A DNA stretch of 64,000 nucleotides, from contig JBHPCZ010000003.1 in assembly GCA_042573625.1 (NCBI GenBank), forward strand, positions 3,154 through 67,153, read 5' to 3'. The translations under genes and the position numbers were made by a program. How positions within the stretch are numbered: position 1 is the first letter of the stretch; each line of letters opens with the position of its first letter. Under the pieces are notes generated by a model, which made no database searches, was not told the origin of the DNA, and saw only the letters and a program-made list of their open reading frames with translations. Positions 45,488 to 55,905 of the stretch are shown piece after piece. The stretch comes from Thermodesulfobacteriota bacterium (GTDB lineage: Bacteria > Desulfobacterota > Desulfobacteria > Desulfobacterales > UBA11574).

Positions 45488-46519
45488 CTAAATGTCTTGT
45501 TTTTCCTCCATTTTTCTTAATCGCTTTTCGACTTCCAAAAGCCTTTTTTTAAGCTCGGGAAGCCTCGGTATTATTCTATGAACTCTAAGCCACAACCTGT
45601 GTGGCATCTCTGGAGATCCGGAAACAACTTCGCCATCTGGAATTGATTTTACAACTCCGGCCTTGGGGCCAATGACCACATTATCCCCTATGGTAAGGTG
45701 CCCGGAAAGCCCTGCCTGCCCAGCCAAAACAGCGTTCCGCCCTATGGTTGTGCTCCCTGAAATCCCAACCTGAGAAATCAGAATTGTGTTTTCCCCTACC
45801 GTCACATTATGGCCAATCATAACCAGGTTGTCTGTTTTAGTACCGGACTTTATCCAGGTTTTTCCGAAAGTGGCCCTGTCAATGGTGTTACATGCCCCGA
45901 TCTCTACATCATCATCGATCTGGACAATGCCGGTCTGCGGAATTTTGTAATACTTTTCCCCATCAGGGGCAAACCCAAAACCGTCGCTGCCAATGACCGT
46001 CCCGGCGTTAATGGTTACTCTGTTACCTATCCTGCAACGGTCCAGAATCGTAACGTTCGGGTAGATCTCAACATCATTGCCAATGACGACATCGTCTCCA
46101 ATAACAACGCCGGGATGAAGCGTAACCCGGTCACCCATCGCAACATTGTCCCGGATAACAACAAAAGGAGCGATAGAGATATCTTTGCCGCAAGCAAAAC
46201 GGTGTCCAATGTGAGCATTTTTATTTATGCCGACTTCCCGTTTGGAAGGTGGATGAAAAAGATTCAATGCTCTGGCAAAAGCAAGCTGAGGGTTTTCCAC
46301 CCGTACGATGTTTTTTGATGACCCCTGAAAATCCATGGGGACGATAACCGCACCCGCGTCGGTTGTATCGATCCGTTTTAGATAACTGACTTTACCGGCA
46401 AGTGTAATGTCATCCCCGGCGGCATCATCAAAAGGGGCCACGCCTCTTATCTTTTTTTTCAAATCACCTGTAACTTCACCTCCAACAAGCTTCGCTAATT
46501 TTGCGAGTGAAACTTCCAT
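45488..46519 (-). CDS. lpxD: UDP-3-O-acylglucosamine N-acyltransferase
   Basis: LAKLVGGEVTGD N-terminal domain and a long hexapeptide-repeat left-handed beta-helix region. 343 aa. Follows skp. Confidence 0.9.
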   Translation of the reverse strand: MEVSLAKLAKLVGGEVTGDLKKKIRGVAPFDDAAGDDITLAGKVSYLKRIDTTDAGAVIVPMDFQGSSKNIVRVENPQLAFARALNLFHPPSKREVGINKNAHIGHRFACGKDISIAPFVVIRDNVAMGDRVTLHPGVVIGDDVVIGNDVEIYPNVTILDRCRIGNRVTINAGTVIGSDGFGFAPDGEKYYKIPQTGIVQIDDDVEIGACNTIDRATFGKTWIKSGTKTDNLVMIGHNVTVGENTILISQVGISGSTTIGRNAVLAGQAGLSGHLTIGDNVVIGPKAGVVKSIPDGEVVSGSPEMPHRLWLRVHRIIPRLPELKKRLLEVEKRLRKMEEKQDI

Positions 46520-46522
46520 AAT

Positions 46523-47080
46523 CTATTTTTTCTTTGTTGTAGGTTTCTTCTTGGATTTCTGGGTAAAATCCGTATTATACGCCTGTATTATTCTGTCTGT
46601 TATATCTATTGAATTTGGAAAATAGACGATACCACCCTCCATTCTTTCCAGGATAAGAAGAAAGCCTTCCTTTTTCCCTACCTCATTTACAAGTTTGAAA
46701 ACATCCTTCTGTATCTGCGAGACGAGCCTGGCATTTAATGTCCTTAAATCATTTGAATATTTTTTTTCAAGGGTTTTAAAATCATTCAACTTGATTCTAA
46801 AGTCGCGTCCTTTCTGCTCACGCATCTCCTTGCTCATCACCAAGGCTTCGCGATCGAATTTTTTTTTCAGTTCTTCGATTTCACTGCCGCGTTTTTTAAG
46901 GTCAGCCTCCATTCCCGTGCCCTTTTTATTAATCTCGGCCATCGCTTTTTTCCCGGCACTCGAAGTCTTCACTATTCGCTCAAAATCGATAATGCCGATT
47001 TTGGCAACATCAGCGCCAAATGAAGGAATAACAAATAAAAAAAAGAAAATTGTCGAAAAAAATAGTGTTATAGCTCTCAT
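46523..47080 (-). CDS. skp: OmpH/Skp periplasmic chaperone
   Basis: Signal peptide, then a Lys/Glu-rich coiled-coil protein of 185 aa. Canonical bamA-skp-lpxD position. Confidence 0.8.
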   Translation of the reverse strand: MRAITLFFSTIFFFLFVIPSFGADVAKIGIIDFERIVKTSSAGKKAMAEINKKGTGMEADLKKRGSEIEELKKKFDREALVMSKEMREQKGRDFRIKLNDFKTLEKKYSNDLRTLNARLVSQIQKDVFKLVNEVGKKEGFLLILERMEGGIVYFPNSIDITDRIIQAYNTDFTQKSKKKPTTKKK

Positions 47081-47121
47081 TTTGCCCCCTAAATCTGGGT
47101 TTAAGGTTTTCGTTCAATTGA

Positions 47122-49773
47122 TTAAAACGTACCGCCCATTGAAAACTCCCATGTTCCTTTTGTGCTCTCACCCGGCTCAGGATCAAGTATATACCCTTGC
47201 TCAAGACGCAAAGGGCCCATGGGTGAATACCACCTGATTCCCCATCCCGCACCTTGTCTCAAATCGCCCACGTCTACATTTTGTCCGGGACCGGTTCCCC
47301 ATACATTTCCTGTATCAAAAAAGGCAACCAAAACAATACCGACCTTTTTGAGTAAAGGTATTATGTATTCAACATTAAAAAATACCATCTTTTCTCCGCC
47401 GACTTTTTTACCTTCTTCATCATATGCGCTGATATCCCGCCAATCAAAGCCGCGCACTGTATGCATGCCTCCCAGGTAAAATTTCTCGTAATCTGGAAGC
47501 GTCTTCTCGGAATTCCGGGTAACAAACCCTGCTGCGCCATGCAGGAACCCCACCGTTTCCCAAAACAGAGGGATATAGACGCCAGCGGCTCCCATAGCTT
47601 TGGTAAAACCGATAGTTCCCCCAAGACCGGCATATTGTAGTGATAATTCGTGTTTCTGTCCTTTTGTTGGATTAAAGGCCCTGTCCCTCGAGTCGTAACG
47701 TATGGCTGTCATAACACTGCTGGTTCTGTTTGTTCCTTCGATGTCCTTTATGAGATCAGAGGCATTTGGATCGATATCAGTAATCTCAGAATCATCATAT
47801 AAATAGCCAATGGATGCACGCGTATAATTAAAAATCGGGTAGCCGAATCTTATGCTACCGCCCACGCTTTCTTTTTCGTATATATCGTAATCCCTGTCCC
47901 AATTGTAAACACTGATAGTTCCTGCCAACGGGATATCAAAAAGCCATGGTTCCGTGAAGCTTATTGTATATCTGTTCGACACGCTGCCGAGCTGGGCTCT
48001 CAACCCAAGGATCTGCCCACGCCCGAAAAGGTTTCTCTGTTGAACAGAGGCTACGAAAAAAGCCTCGTCAACGGAGCTGAAACCGCCGCCAAAGGTAAAT
48101 GTGCCTGTGGGCTTTTCAGTAACATCGACCTTTAATATCATTTTGTCGTCTGAGCTCCCCTTTTCAGTATTTACTTTAATATCCTCGAAATAATCTGTTC
48201 GGTAAAGGTTGTTTATGCCACGCTTTAACCGCTTCCCGCTGTATACTTCCTGTTCATATACCCTGAGTTGACGGCGAATCACCTTGTCTCTTGTCTTCGT
48301 ATTTCCACCGATGATAATTTTTTCAAAATAGACCTGTTTACCTTTCTCAACAACATAGGTAATATTGACCTTCAAATTATCGGAATCCGTTTCAATACGA
48401 GGAGCGATATCTGCGTATGCATAACCTTCATCAGAATAAAGGTCGGTGAGGACGAGCACATCGTCCCGTAAAGTTTCACGATTGTAGTAGGTTTCCTTTG
48501 TAATTTTTACCTTCTCCAGCAATGCTTCCTTGGGCAAAACAAGGTCACCCGCTATCTCCACTGTTCCGACCTTGAACTGAGATCCTTCATCAATTTTGAT
48601 TGTGATATCTATCTGTTTATCCTTAAATTCGATTTGAGGTTCCCCGACCCTGGCCTTGACATATCCGTTATTGTGATAAAAAGCAGAAAGCCTGGCCATA
48701 TCCTGCTCCAGATTGTCTCTGTTCAGGTCTCCGGATGAGGTGGCCCACGAAAAGAAACCTTTTTCCGAGGTCTTCATAATCTTTTTCAGCCGCTTGTCGG
48801 TATATGCACTGTTGCCTTGAAAAATTATCTTTTGTATTAAGAGCTTTTTCCCCTCATTAATAATAAACTCAAGATCCGCCTGGTTTTGCTCACGCTCATG
48901 GATCTTGTGTGTCACTTGGACATTATGATAGTTTTTATCTTTGTATAGCTCCTCTATTCGTTTAACGTTTCTGTTTATCCTGAAAATGTTTAGAATCGAC
49001 CCGCGCGTTATGTCTATATTCTCCATGATCTTTTCTGCTTCATAGATCCTGTTGCCTGTTACACTGATTCTCCTAATGGTCGATTTTTCCGTGACTTTGA
49101 ATATAATCGTCCTTCCTTCAGGGCCGCTCTCAGACTCAATGCGAACATCTTCAAAATATCCCATTGCATAAACAGCCTTGAGATCTTTAGAAAGGTTTTT
49201 TGCGAGGTAGATATCATCCGGCTCAGTTTTGATAACCCTTTTTATGGCGTCAGATTCTATGCGCTCGTTGCCGGTCACAAGGATTTCGGCAACCCTTTCC
49301 CGTTTGAAAAGTTTTATGCCAAGATTCTGTGAGAGTTCCTTCACAGTTCCAAGAAGATTCTCTACATCTTCACCTTCCACAAAAAAAACTTTTGGAGGCC
49401 CCTCACCAAAAGGTTCAATCATCTTTGCATCCAGACTGTATTTTTTACCAATCCAAGTCAAACTTCCCCAAACAACATAATCCGCACCATTCTGAATACC
49501 TATATTGCGGATGTCATCGATACTTTCGGCCGTTTCTTCCCAAGAAAATTCAGATACGATGTCTGGGTCTATTACAGTGGCACCCTCCATTTTCAGGTGT
49601 TTCCTGATTAACTGTGGAATTTCGGCTTCCATATAAGAAAAATCTTCCTGGGCGTGGACTTTAAAAGGCAATACGATAACTCGCGCAGTTTCCTGTGAAT
49701 TTACCGTATTCGGAAGTAAAACCATTGTTACGATTAGGAGCAGGGTCAAATATCTCAACATAAAACACCTCAA
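47122..49773 (-). CDS. bamA: outer membrane protein assembly factor BamA
   Basis: 883 aa. Signal peptide, repeated POTRA-like modules, and a C-terminal beta-barrel ending in ...WEFSMGGTF (terminal aromatic). Confidence 0.95.
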   Translation of the reverse strand: MRCFMLRYLTLLLIVTMVLLPNTVNSQETARVIVLPFKVHAQEDFSYMEAEIPQLIRKHLKMEGATVIDPDIVSEFSWEETAESIDDIRNIGIQNGADYVVWGSLTWIGKKYSLDAKMIEPFGEGPPKVFFVEGEDVENLLGTVKELSQNLGIKLFKRERVAEILVTGNERIESDAIKRVIKTEPDDIYLAKNLSKDLKAVYAMGYFEDVRIESESGPEGRTIIFKVTEKSTIRRISVTGNRIYEAEKIMENIDITRGSILNIFRINRNVKRIEELYKDKNYHNVQVTHKIHEREQNQADLEFIINEGKKLLIQKIIFQGNSAYTDKRLKKIMKTSEKGFFSWATSSGDLNRDNLEQDMARLSAFYHNNGYVKARVGEPQIEFKDKQIDITIKIDEGSQFKVGTVEIAGDLVLPKEALLEKVKITKETYYNRETLRDDVLVLTDLYSDEGYAYADIAPRIETDSDNLKVNITYVVEKGKQVYFEKIIIGGNTKTRDKVIRRQLRVYEQEVYSGKRLKRGINNLYRTDYFEDIKVNTEKGSSDDKMILKVDVTEKPTGTFTFGGGFSSVDEAFFVASVQQRNLFGRGQILGLRAQLGSVSNRYTISFTEPWLFDIPLAGTISVYNWDRDYDIYEKESVGGSIRFGYPIFNYTRASIGYLYDDSEITDIDPNASDLIKDIEGTNRTSSVMTAIRYDSRDRAFNPTKGQKHELSLQYAGLGGTIGFTKAMGAAGVYIPLFWETVGFLHGAAGFVTRNSEKTLPDYEKFYLGGMHTVRGFDWRDISAYDEEGKKVGGEKMVFFNVEYIIPLLKKVGIVLVAFFDTGNVWGTGPGQNVDVGDLRQGAGWGIRWYSPMGPLRLEQGYILDPEPGESTKGTWEFSMGGTF

Positions 49774-50468
49774 TTTATCTCCGTCAGTTGTCCGTTTGAA
49801 ATCGTCATACTTCGTGACAGGTACGATGCAAGTTCCATATTGTGCGTCACCACAACCATTGCCATATGAAACTCGCGATTCAACTCCAGAAGCAGGCCTT
49901 GAACCTGCTTGCCGGTTTTCTTGTCGAGATTGCCGGTGGGCTCGTCTGCCAGAAGAACTAATGGTTTGAGGATCAAGGCCCTTGCCACAGCAACCCGTTG
50001 CTGCTCACCGCCGGAAAGCCTGTCGGCCCGATGATGCAGCCGATCTTTAAGTCCAACTCTGACAAGGATTTCCTCCGCAGCTTCTCCGGCGCTTTTCTTG
50101 CTAAACCCTCTTATCAGCGCAGGCATCATCGCATTTTCTACAGCAGAAAACTCCGGCATGAGATGATGAAACTGGAAAACAAACCCAATGGATTCATTTC
50201 GAAATTTTGCCAACTTTGCTTGATCAAAAAGTAAAACATTCTCACCCCGGAACCAGAGTTCCCCATTGTCCGGTTGGTCGAGGGTCCCCAATATATGCAG
50301 CAGCGTAGATTTGCCGATTCCGGAGGCGCCAACAATGGCAACGGTCTCTCCTTCATTTAAATCAATGTCAATCCCCTTTAAGATCTCGATCGGAGCACCA
50401 GTTGTATTAAAACTCTTTAAGAGTCCCCTGCCTGAAATGAAACAGTCTGAAATTAACTCCTTCTGCAT
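49770..50468 (-). CDS. lolD: lipoprotein-releasing system ATP-binding protein
   Basis: Walker [10 protein letters not shown], signature LSGGEQQR and Walker [12 protein letters not shown]. Adjacent to a MacB/LolC-type permease. Confidence 0.85.
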   Translation of the reverse strand: MQKELISDCFISGRGLLKSFNTTGAPIEILKGIDIDLNEGETVAIVGASGIGKSTLLHILGTLDQPDNGELWFRGENVLLFDQAKLAKFRNESIGFVFQFHHLMPEFSAVENAMMPALIRGFSKKSAGEAAEEILVRVGLKDRLHHRADRLSGGEQQRVAVARALILKPLVLLADEPTGNLDKKTGKQVQGLLLELNREFHMAMVVVTHNMELASYLSRSMTISNGQLTEIN

Positions 50469-50521
50469 TTATTTTTCAACGCTCCCGGTAATCACGGCCT
50501 GTGGATCCTGAACCCAAATCG

Positions 50522-51760
50522 TTATCCACCATAACGAATTGCATCAACAGGATTGAGTCTTGACGCCTGCCGTGCAGGATATAGCGTCGCTAAAAAACTG
50601 ATCCCCATGGCAGCGGCAGCTATCAATAAAACATCTAAACTTTCGAGTTTCACAGGGAGAGTTGTTATATAATATACATCTCCCGGAAGTTCAATGAACT
50701 TGTACTTTCCCAGAATCGTACACAACAGAAATCCCAAACAGACGCCGATAACCGTTCCTATAGAACCGATGACCATTCCTTTAAAAACAAAAATCTTTCC
50801 AATGCTTTTATCTGTGGCCCCCATGGCCTTTAAAATGGCGATATCCCGGGTCTTGCCCATCACCATCATGATCAATGTGCCTGCTATGTTAAATGCTGCA
50901 ACCAGAACAATAAGTGTCAAAATAATAAACATCGCCGTCTTTTCCAGCTTAAGTGCAAAAAACAAATTTCGATTCATCTGCATCCAGTCCAGTGCCCAGT
51001 AGGGGAACCCCAGATGCTTGACAACCTCTTCAGCAATCTTATTGGCACTGTAAATATCATTGACCCGCACTTCAATACCGGTAACGGAATCTCCCATTCG
51101 CAGCATTCGTTGAGCATCTTTAATATGTACATAAGCAAGAGATCCGTCATATTCATACATTCCGGACTCAAAAAGATCCGAGACCTTGAATCGCTTCATG
51201 GCTGGCAAGTGCCCTATGGGAGATATAATCCCCCGGGGGGATATCAGGGAAACGTCATCCCCTTTAACAACGCCCAGATTTCTGGCAAGTTCTTTGCCTA
51301 AAATGATCATAGGCGTGAAAGCAGCAGACTTTTTTCCCTGGCTCTTCTTTTCGAGACTTGGCAAGGAGTCGCCGTTGAAAATGGTTATCACCTGGCCCGC
51401 GGATTCCGGGTCTATTCCCCTGAGAACAGCACCGGACACTCCGGACGATGACCGTATCATTGTTTGTGTATAAACAAAAGGCGTTGCCGATTCAATTCCA
51501 TCAACTTTTTTCAAATAGTCAAGTATTCTTGTATAGTCAGAGAATGGACCGCCATGGCGTCTTAAAATCATGTGTGACTCAACACCGAGGATTCTGGACT
51601 TGAGATCAGATTCAAAACCGGCCATAACAGCAATAACCACGATCAGGGCCATTACCCCTATCGTAATCCCTGCAACGGAAAGGACGGTAATCAATGAAAC
51701 GAAAGCCTGTTTCTGTTTGACCCTGAGATAGCGACCGCCTATGAAGTATTCAAATGACAT
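50522..51760 (-). CDS. lipoprotein-releasing system permease (LolC/LolE family)
   Basis: MSFEYFIGGRYL start, a large periplasmic domain and a C-terminal FtsX-like 4-TM region ending ...PARQASRLNPVDAIRYG. The longest ORF starts at 51802. Confidence 0.85.
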   Translation of the reverse strand: MSFEYFIGGRYLRVKQKQAFVSLITVLSVAGITIGVMALIVVIAVMAGFESDLKSRILGVESHMILRRHGGPFSDYTRILDYLKKVDGIESATPFVYTQTMIRSSSGVSGAVLRGIDPESAGQVITIFNGDSLPSLEKKSQGKKSAAFTPMIILGKELARNLGVVKGDDVSLISPRGIISPIGHLPAMKRFKVSDLFESGMYEYDGSLAYVHIKDAQRMLRMGDSVTGIEVRVNDIYSANKIAEEVVKHLGFPYWALDWMQMNRNLFFALKLEKTAMFIILTLIVLVAAFNIAGTLIMMVMGKTRDIAILKAMGATDKSIGKIFVFKGMVIGSIGTVIGVCLGFLLCTILGKYKFIELPGDVYYITTLPVKLESLDVLLIAAAAMGISFLATLYPARQASRLNPVDAIRYGG

Positions 51761-51816
51761 AAATAATTTTGGTCTTAAGTCACATGTTGTCGTTTCCGGC
51801 AAAATTTCGTAGAACT

Positions 51817-51983
51817 GGTTTCAAAACCTCATAGTGAAGCCTTTTGACAATTTTGCGAAAAAGCTCTTGGCGAAGCGTAAAATTCGTTACTGTTTGAGGG
51901 CGATAGCCCGAGTTTTACGAATTTAGCGGAGTGAGCTTAGAACTTATCAAAATTATCAAACCAGCGAACGGGAGATTTTGAAA
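51817..51983. repeat. palindromic intergenic element, copy 2
   Basis: The left arm (ggtttcaaaacctcatagtgaagccttttgacaattttgcg) and right arm (gcttagaacttatcaaaattatcaaaccagcgaacgggagattttgaaac) are near-identical to copy 1. The core differs but is again self-complementary (cgtaaaattcg...cgagttttacg enclosing gggc-gata-gccc). Confidence 0.8.
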
Positions 51984-52056
51984 CAGCTTGTAACAAAATG
52001 CCACATATAAAAAATCAAACTGAACTTAGTAACCTATTTGCAGATAGCTGTCAAGA

Positions 52057-53358
52057 TCAAGCTGGCGAATCCATACGCTTTAACTTCAGAAAAAAAGTCG
52101 TGCCCTCGTCGACTTTGCTTTCAATATCAAGCCGATTGTCATACGGCTCAAGGATACTGTGAACGATCGAAAGGCCGAGACCGGTCCCGCTTTGCTTTGT
52201 TGTAAAAAAAGGATCGAAAATGGACTTGATCAACTCCCGGGACATGCCACAACCATCATCGGCAATCTCGATACAAACCTGTTTATTCTTTATAGGATAC
52301 ATTGAAATTTCGATAAATCCTGTGCCAGATATGGCTTCTGCAGCGTTCAAAAGAAGGTTCCACAAAACCTGTCGAAAATGAACCGAATCCATTTCAATCC
52401 AGATGTCGGAAGCAAAATTACTCTTTATTACCACCCTCCCTTTGCAAGTGATGTCGTTTTTAAAAAGCTCCACCGTATCCTTCAATGCTTTGTCCAGTCT
52501 TATTGCCTCAACGTTCGCAGCGGGTGGCTTTGCAAACAGAAGAAAATTGTTCACAAGGGCGCTTAGCCGGTCTGTTTCGCGCAGTACGATCTGCATAAGC
52601 TTGTCACGATCAGGGTTATATTGGAGGTCTTCCCTTAACAACTGTATTGATCCTGATAGGGAAGCCAGCGGATTTTTTATTTCATGGGCCATGCCTGCCG
52701 CCATCTCGCCCATATAAGCCATTTTCTCAACACGCTTTACATGATCCTCCAGAGCGGTGAGATCTTTCTTTGTCTTTTTCGCCTGTTCCGATAAAGTTCC
52801 ACTTAAGAAAGCAACGGCAAAACACGCCACCATGGTAATCATTATCTTGTAAAGCACATGGCTCCATGGATAATTAACAGCAGCAAGATTCCCCTCTAAA
52901 ACTAAAGGCTTTAGAAAACCATAATATTCAAGGTCAATCATGACGCCGTATTGTATGCTGCAAAGCACAGCCATGATGATGCTTCCCCTTTTGAAAAGGA
53001 GCATGCTCGAATAGATAATTACGACGAGATAGAGAAACGAAAAAATGCTTGAATAACTGCCCGTCACAAAAATGATCAGTGTGACGACAAAAGTGTCTAT
53101 ACCGGTCTGGACGTATGCAAAGAGATGCTCCTGCTTACCGCTTTGAAGAATCAAGGCATAGATGAATGAAAGTAGAAAAATGCCGCCAATTAATCCATAC
53201 AGAACCAATAGCGGTTTCGCTAGGGGGGAAGGGCTTTCACCGAGCTGTAGAATAATGGTTGATCCCAGCAACAGGGAGGAAAATAGGACCCGAAAGAACA
53301 TGAGCCATTTAAGCTTATGTTGTAAATCGCTTTCGGGCTTTATCAATGAACTCTTCAT
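52057..53358 (-). CDS. sensor histidine kinase, PilS-like (multi-TM N-terminus)
   Basis: About six N-terminal TM helices, H-box MAHEIKNPLASL, N-box LLLNAAEA, DDGCGM and GTGLGLSIV. Lies near pilC. Confidence 0.8.
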   Translation of the reverse strand: MKSSLIKPESDLQHKLKWLMFFRVLFSSLLLGSTIILQLGESPSPLAKPLLVLYGLIGGIFLLSFIYALILQSGKQEHLFAYVQTGIDTFVVTLIIFVTGSYSSIFSFLYLVVIIYSSMLLFKRGSIIMAVLCSIQYGVMIDLEYYGFLKPLVLEGNLAAVNYPWSHVLYKIMITMVACFAVAFLSGTLSEQAKKTKKDLTALEDHVKRVEKMAYMGEMAAGMAHEIKNPLASLSGSIQLLREDLQYNPDRDKLMQIVLRETDRLSALVNNFLLFAKPPAANVEAIRLDKALKDTVELFKNDITCKGRVVIKSNFASDIWIEMDSVHFRQVLWNLLLNAAEAISGTGFIEISMYPIKNKQVCIEIADDGCGMSRELIKSIFDPFFTTKQSGTGLGLSIVHSILEPYDNRLDIESKVDEGTTFFLKLKRMDSPA

Positions 53359-54047
53359 TGCGAAGAAAAGACCATCTGTGATGGTAACATCTCGCTACCA
53401 TATTAGTGGGAAATATGTTTCAGGCATTCACCTAACCCGTATTTTCACGCGCCTGATGCGTTCATTTGCAAGGCACTCAGGGGCGCCGCCGTAGCATTCT
53501 ACTGCAACCCCCTGATAATGCATGCAGGCCGCCGCAGGAGTCAAGCCGAAGGCTATGGGCGCGTCAGGCAGCGCCCACAGGGTGAAAATATTTCAGCTTA
53601 AGTAGAAAAAAGTTCGGGGTACAAAGTGTGACAGGGAAGTTGGCACTATTATACACTATAACTTAATAATTTTATTATATAAAAAAGTTTGCTGAAAAAT
53701 TTTCATGAAAAATCTGGTCAAAATCTCTCATTCCGCTTGGCGCGGGTTTCAGTTACAAGTCCTTAAGGTCACAGAATGGATTGTTTTCTTTATTAGTTGA
53801 ATAATCGGTCAACATCCTAAAAGAAAAATTCAGGCGAAGTACATGGCGGGGTTTAAGCACTTTAAGCCTGTAAACCCGGGCCTTGCAAGACCTATGCAAA
53901 ACGCCCCCTTTCGTCAAATCCCTGTGCCTGCCCCGTAGGTCCGGCAGATCGTGCTGGGGTGGTTAAAGTTTTCATCTTCCTTGAACTTGAACGAAATTAA
54001 ACATTTTTCAAAGGTCTCCTTGCAGTGCTGATATGGTTTTTGATTCA

Positions 54048-55262
54048 TCAACCCATCGCAGCTGCCATCTTGAAGATGGGGAGGTACATAGAAACCACCA
54101 GGCCACCGATGACGACACCCAGGAACACCAGCATAAAAGGCTCTATTAACGCGGTCATGTTTTCCACCGCCTGGTCGACTTCTTCGTCATAAAAGTCAGC
54201 GATTTTACCCAACATTGCGTCAAGGGCGCCGGTGGACTCTCCCACCGAAATCATCTGGCATACCATTGAGGGGAAAACACCGGTTTCAGCAAGGGGATCG
54301 GCCATTGTACGGCCCTCGGCAATGCCGGAACGGACGCTGTAGATAGCCGATTCAATTGTTTTATTCCCTGCGGTCTTCGCAACAATTTCCAGTGCGTCCA
54401 AAATGGATACACCGCTGGAAAGCATGGTGCCCATGGTTCGCGAAAATTTGGCCACCGCCGCTTTGCGAAGTAGAGTGCCGAACACGGGCAACTTCAAGAC
54501 CCATTTGTCAATAAAAATCTTTCCTTTTACGGTCTTGTTCACCCTCTTGAAAGCATAAAAAGACAAGCCGAGGCCAATGATCATCCAGTGTATATTTCCT
54601 TTTGTAAAACGGCTCATCTTAACAACGATCTGGGTTGGGGCCGGGAGCGCTCCACCAAAACCGGCAAACATCTCCTCAAAGACCGGAATAACAAAAACCA
54701 TAATCACGGTAACCACGATGGCAGCGATAATTATGGTAACGGCAGGATAGACCATGGCGCCTTTTATCTGGCCTCTCAGTTTTGCCGCTTTCTCCATGTA
54801 GGCCGAAAGGCGCCGCAAAATCGTATCAAGGATACCACCGACTTCACCTGCGGCAACCATATTCACGAAAAGCTCATCAAACTCATTCGGGTGTTTTTTC
54901 AGGGCTTCGGCAAAGGTTTGCCCGCTCTCTACGTTATCCTTTATCTCTTTTAATTTCTTTTTAAATGATGGGTTTTCCTGCTGGGTCATAAGTATATCGA
55001 GGCATTGGATGATGGGAAGACCCGCATCGATCATCGTAGAAAATTGTCGGCAGAAAAGGATTACATCGTCCAGCTTTACTTTTGGCTGCATAAACGCAAC
55101 ATTTGCAAAAAGATCTTTGGGCTTTTCCTTAACTTTGGTCGGAGTAATCTTACGCCTCGCTAAATCAGCACGAACAGCATCTTCGCTCCGGGCTTCTACT
55201 TCCCCTTTCACGACTTCATTCTTTCTGTTCTTGCCCTTCCACAGATAAACCGGCATAATCAA
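54048..55262 (-). CDS. pilC: type IV pilus assembly platform protein PilC (GspF family)
   Basis: 404 aa with two GspF-type repeats (FCRQFSTMIDAGLPI... and FSRTMGTMLSSGVSILDAL...) and three TM segments. Confidence 0.9.
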   Translation of the reverse strand: MIMPVYLWKGKNRKNEVVKGEVEARSEDAVRADLARRKITPTKVKEKPKDLFANVAFMQPKVKLDDVILFCRQFSTMIDAGLPIIQCLDILMTQQENPSFKKKLKEIKDNVESGQTFAEALKKHPNEFDELFVNMVAAGEVGGILDTILRRLSAYMEKAAKLRGQIKGAMVYPAVTIIIAAIVVTVIMVFVIPVFEEMFAGFGGALPAPTQIVVKMSRFTKGNIHWMIIGLGLSFYAFKRVNKTVKGKIFIDKWVLKLPVFGTLLRKAAVAKFSRTMGTMLSSGVSILDALEIVAKTAGNKTIESAIYSVRSGIAEGRTMADPLAETGVFPSMVCQMISVGESTGALDAMLGKIADFYDEEVDQAVENMTALIEPFMLVFLGVVIGGLVVSMYLPIFKMAAAMG

Positions 55263-55905
55263 TCCCCCTTTTCTGATTGTGACAACACTAAGGTCATATT
55301 ATACTGTCACGTCAGGGTTTGAAAAAAGTGTTCCATTTGCAAACTGGGAATTCCTCTACTAAGGAACTCCGAATCATGTCCAACGGTTCATCTCGCCTTT
55401 GATGCCGAGAAGTGTCGGTTTCGAATAAACTTGAAAGTAATTCTATTGATATGCTCTTTATCATAAACTGAGCTAAACAACAATAGCTTTGCGAAATTTA
55501 TTGTAAAATCGTCCATTGAGTCGTTTAACTAGTGTCCATCCAGAAATGAGGATTTTTGTTCTATATCAAGGCATGTGAAAAAAATAACCGCAGGTGCCCC
55601 GCAGGAAATGCCCTTAGGGTGCATATGTGTAATATTCCGAGGATTATTTTTTGAGCATAACGCAGAGATTGGGCAAAAAGACCATTTATAGATGGATACT
55701 AACTAATCCTGTGCTCGTCTTTTTCAAGATGCAAAGACGCCTTTGTGTACCATACAATTTTTACGTTTGGGTTGGGAAGGCCGGAGAACCCGATCCGAAA
55801 TTTCCTATAAAGAATTTCAACGGGTTTAACGGCGTTTAACTTGAGCTTGATAATCCCGCTCATATATGCAAATGTTCAAGTCCGGCATTAAAGCCCTGAT
55901 AGCAC

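Noticed and set aside
45809-46318. 169-aa plus-strand ORF
   Set aside because: It is antisense to the hexapeptide-repeat region of lpxD, the same artefact as above.
46695-47237. 180-aa plus-strand ORF
   Set aside because: It is antisense to skp and the 3' end of bamA. The skp reading frame has a signal peptide and the expected operon position.
53641-53660. TGGCAC sequence resembling the -24 element of a sigma-54 promoter
   Set aside because: No TTGC -12 element occurs at the correct spacing, and no plus-strand gene lies downstream.
55279-55310. gtgaca-N20-tgtcac inverted repeat just upstream of the pilC start
   Set aside because: The arms are only 6 bp and the spacing does not fit CRP/FNR-type sites, so a chance occurrence is plausible.
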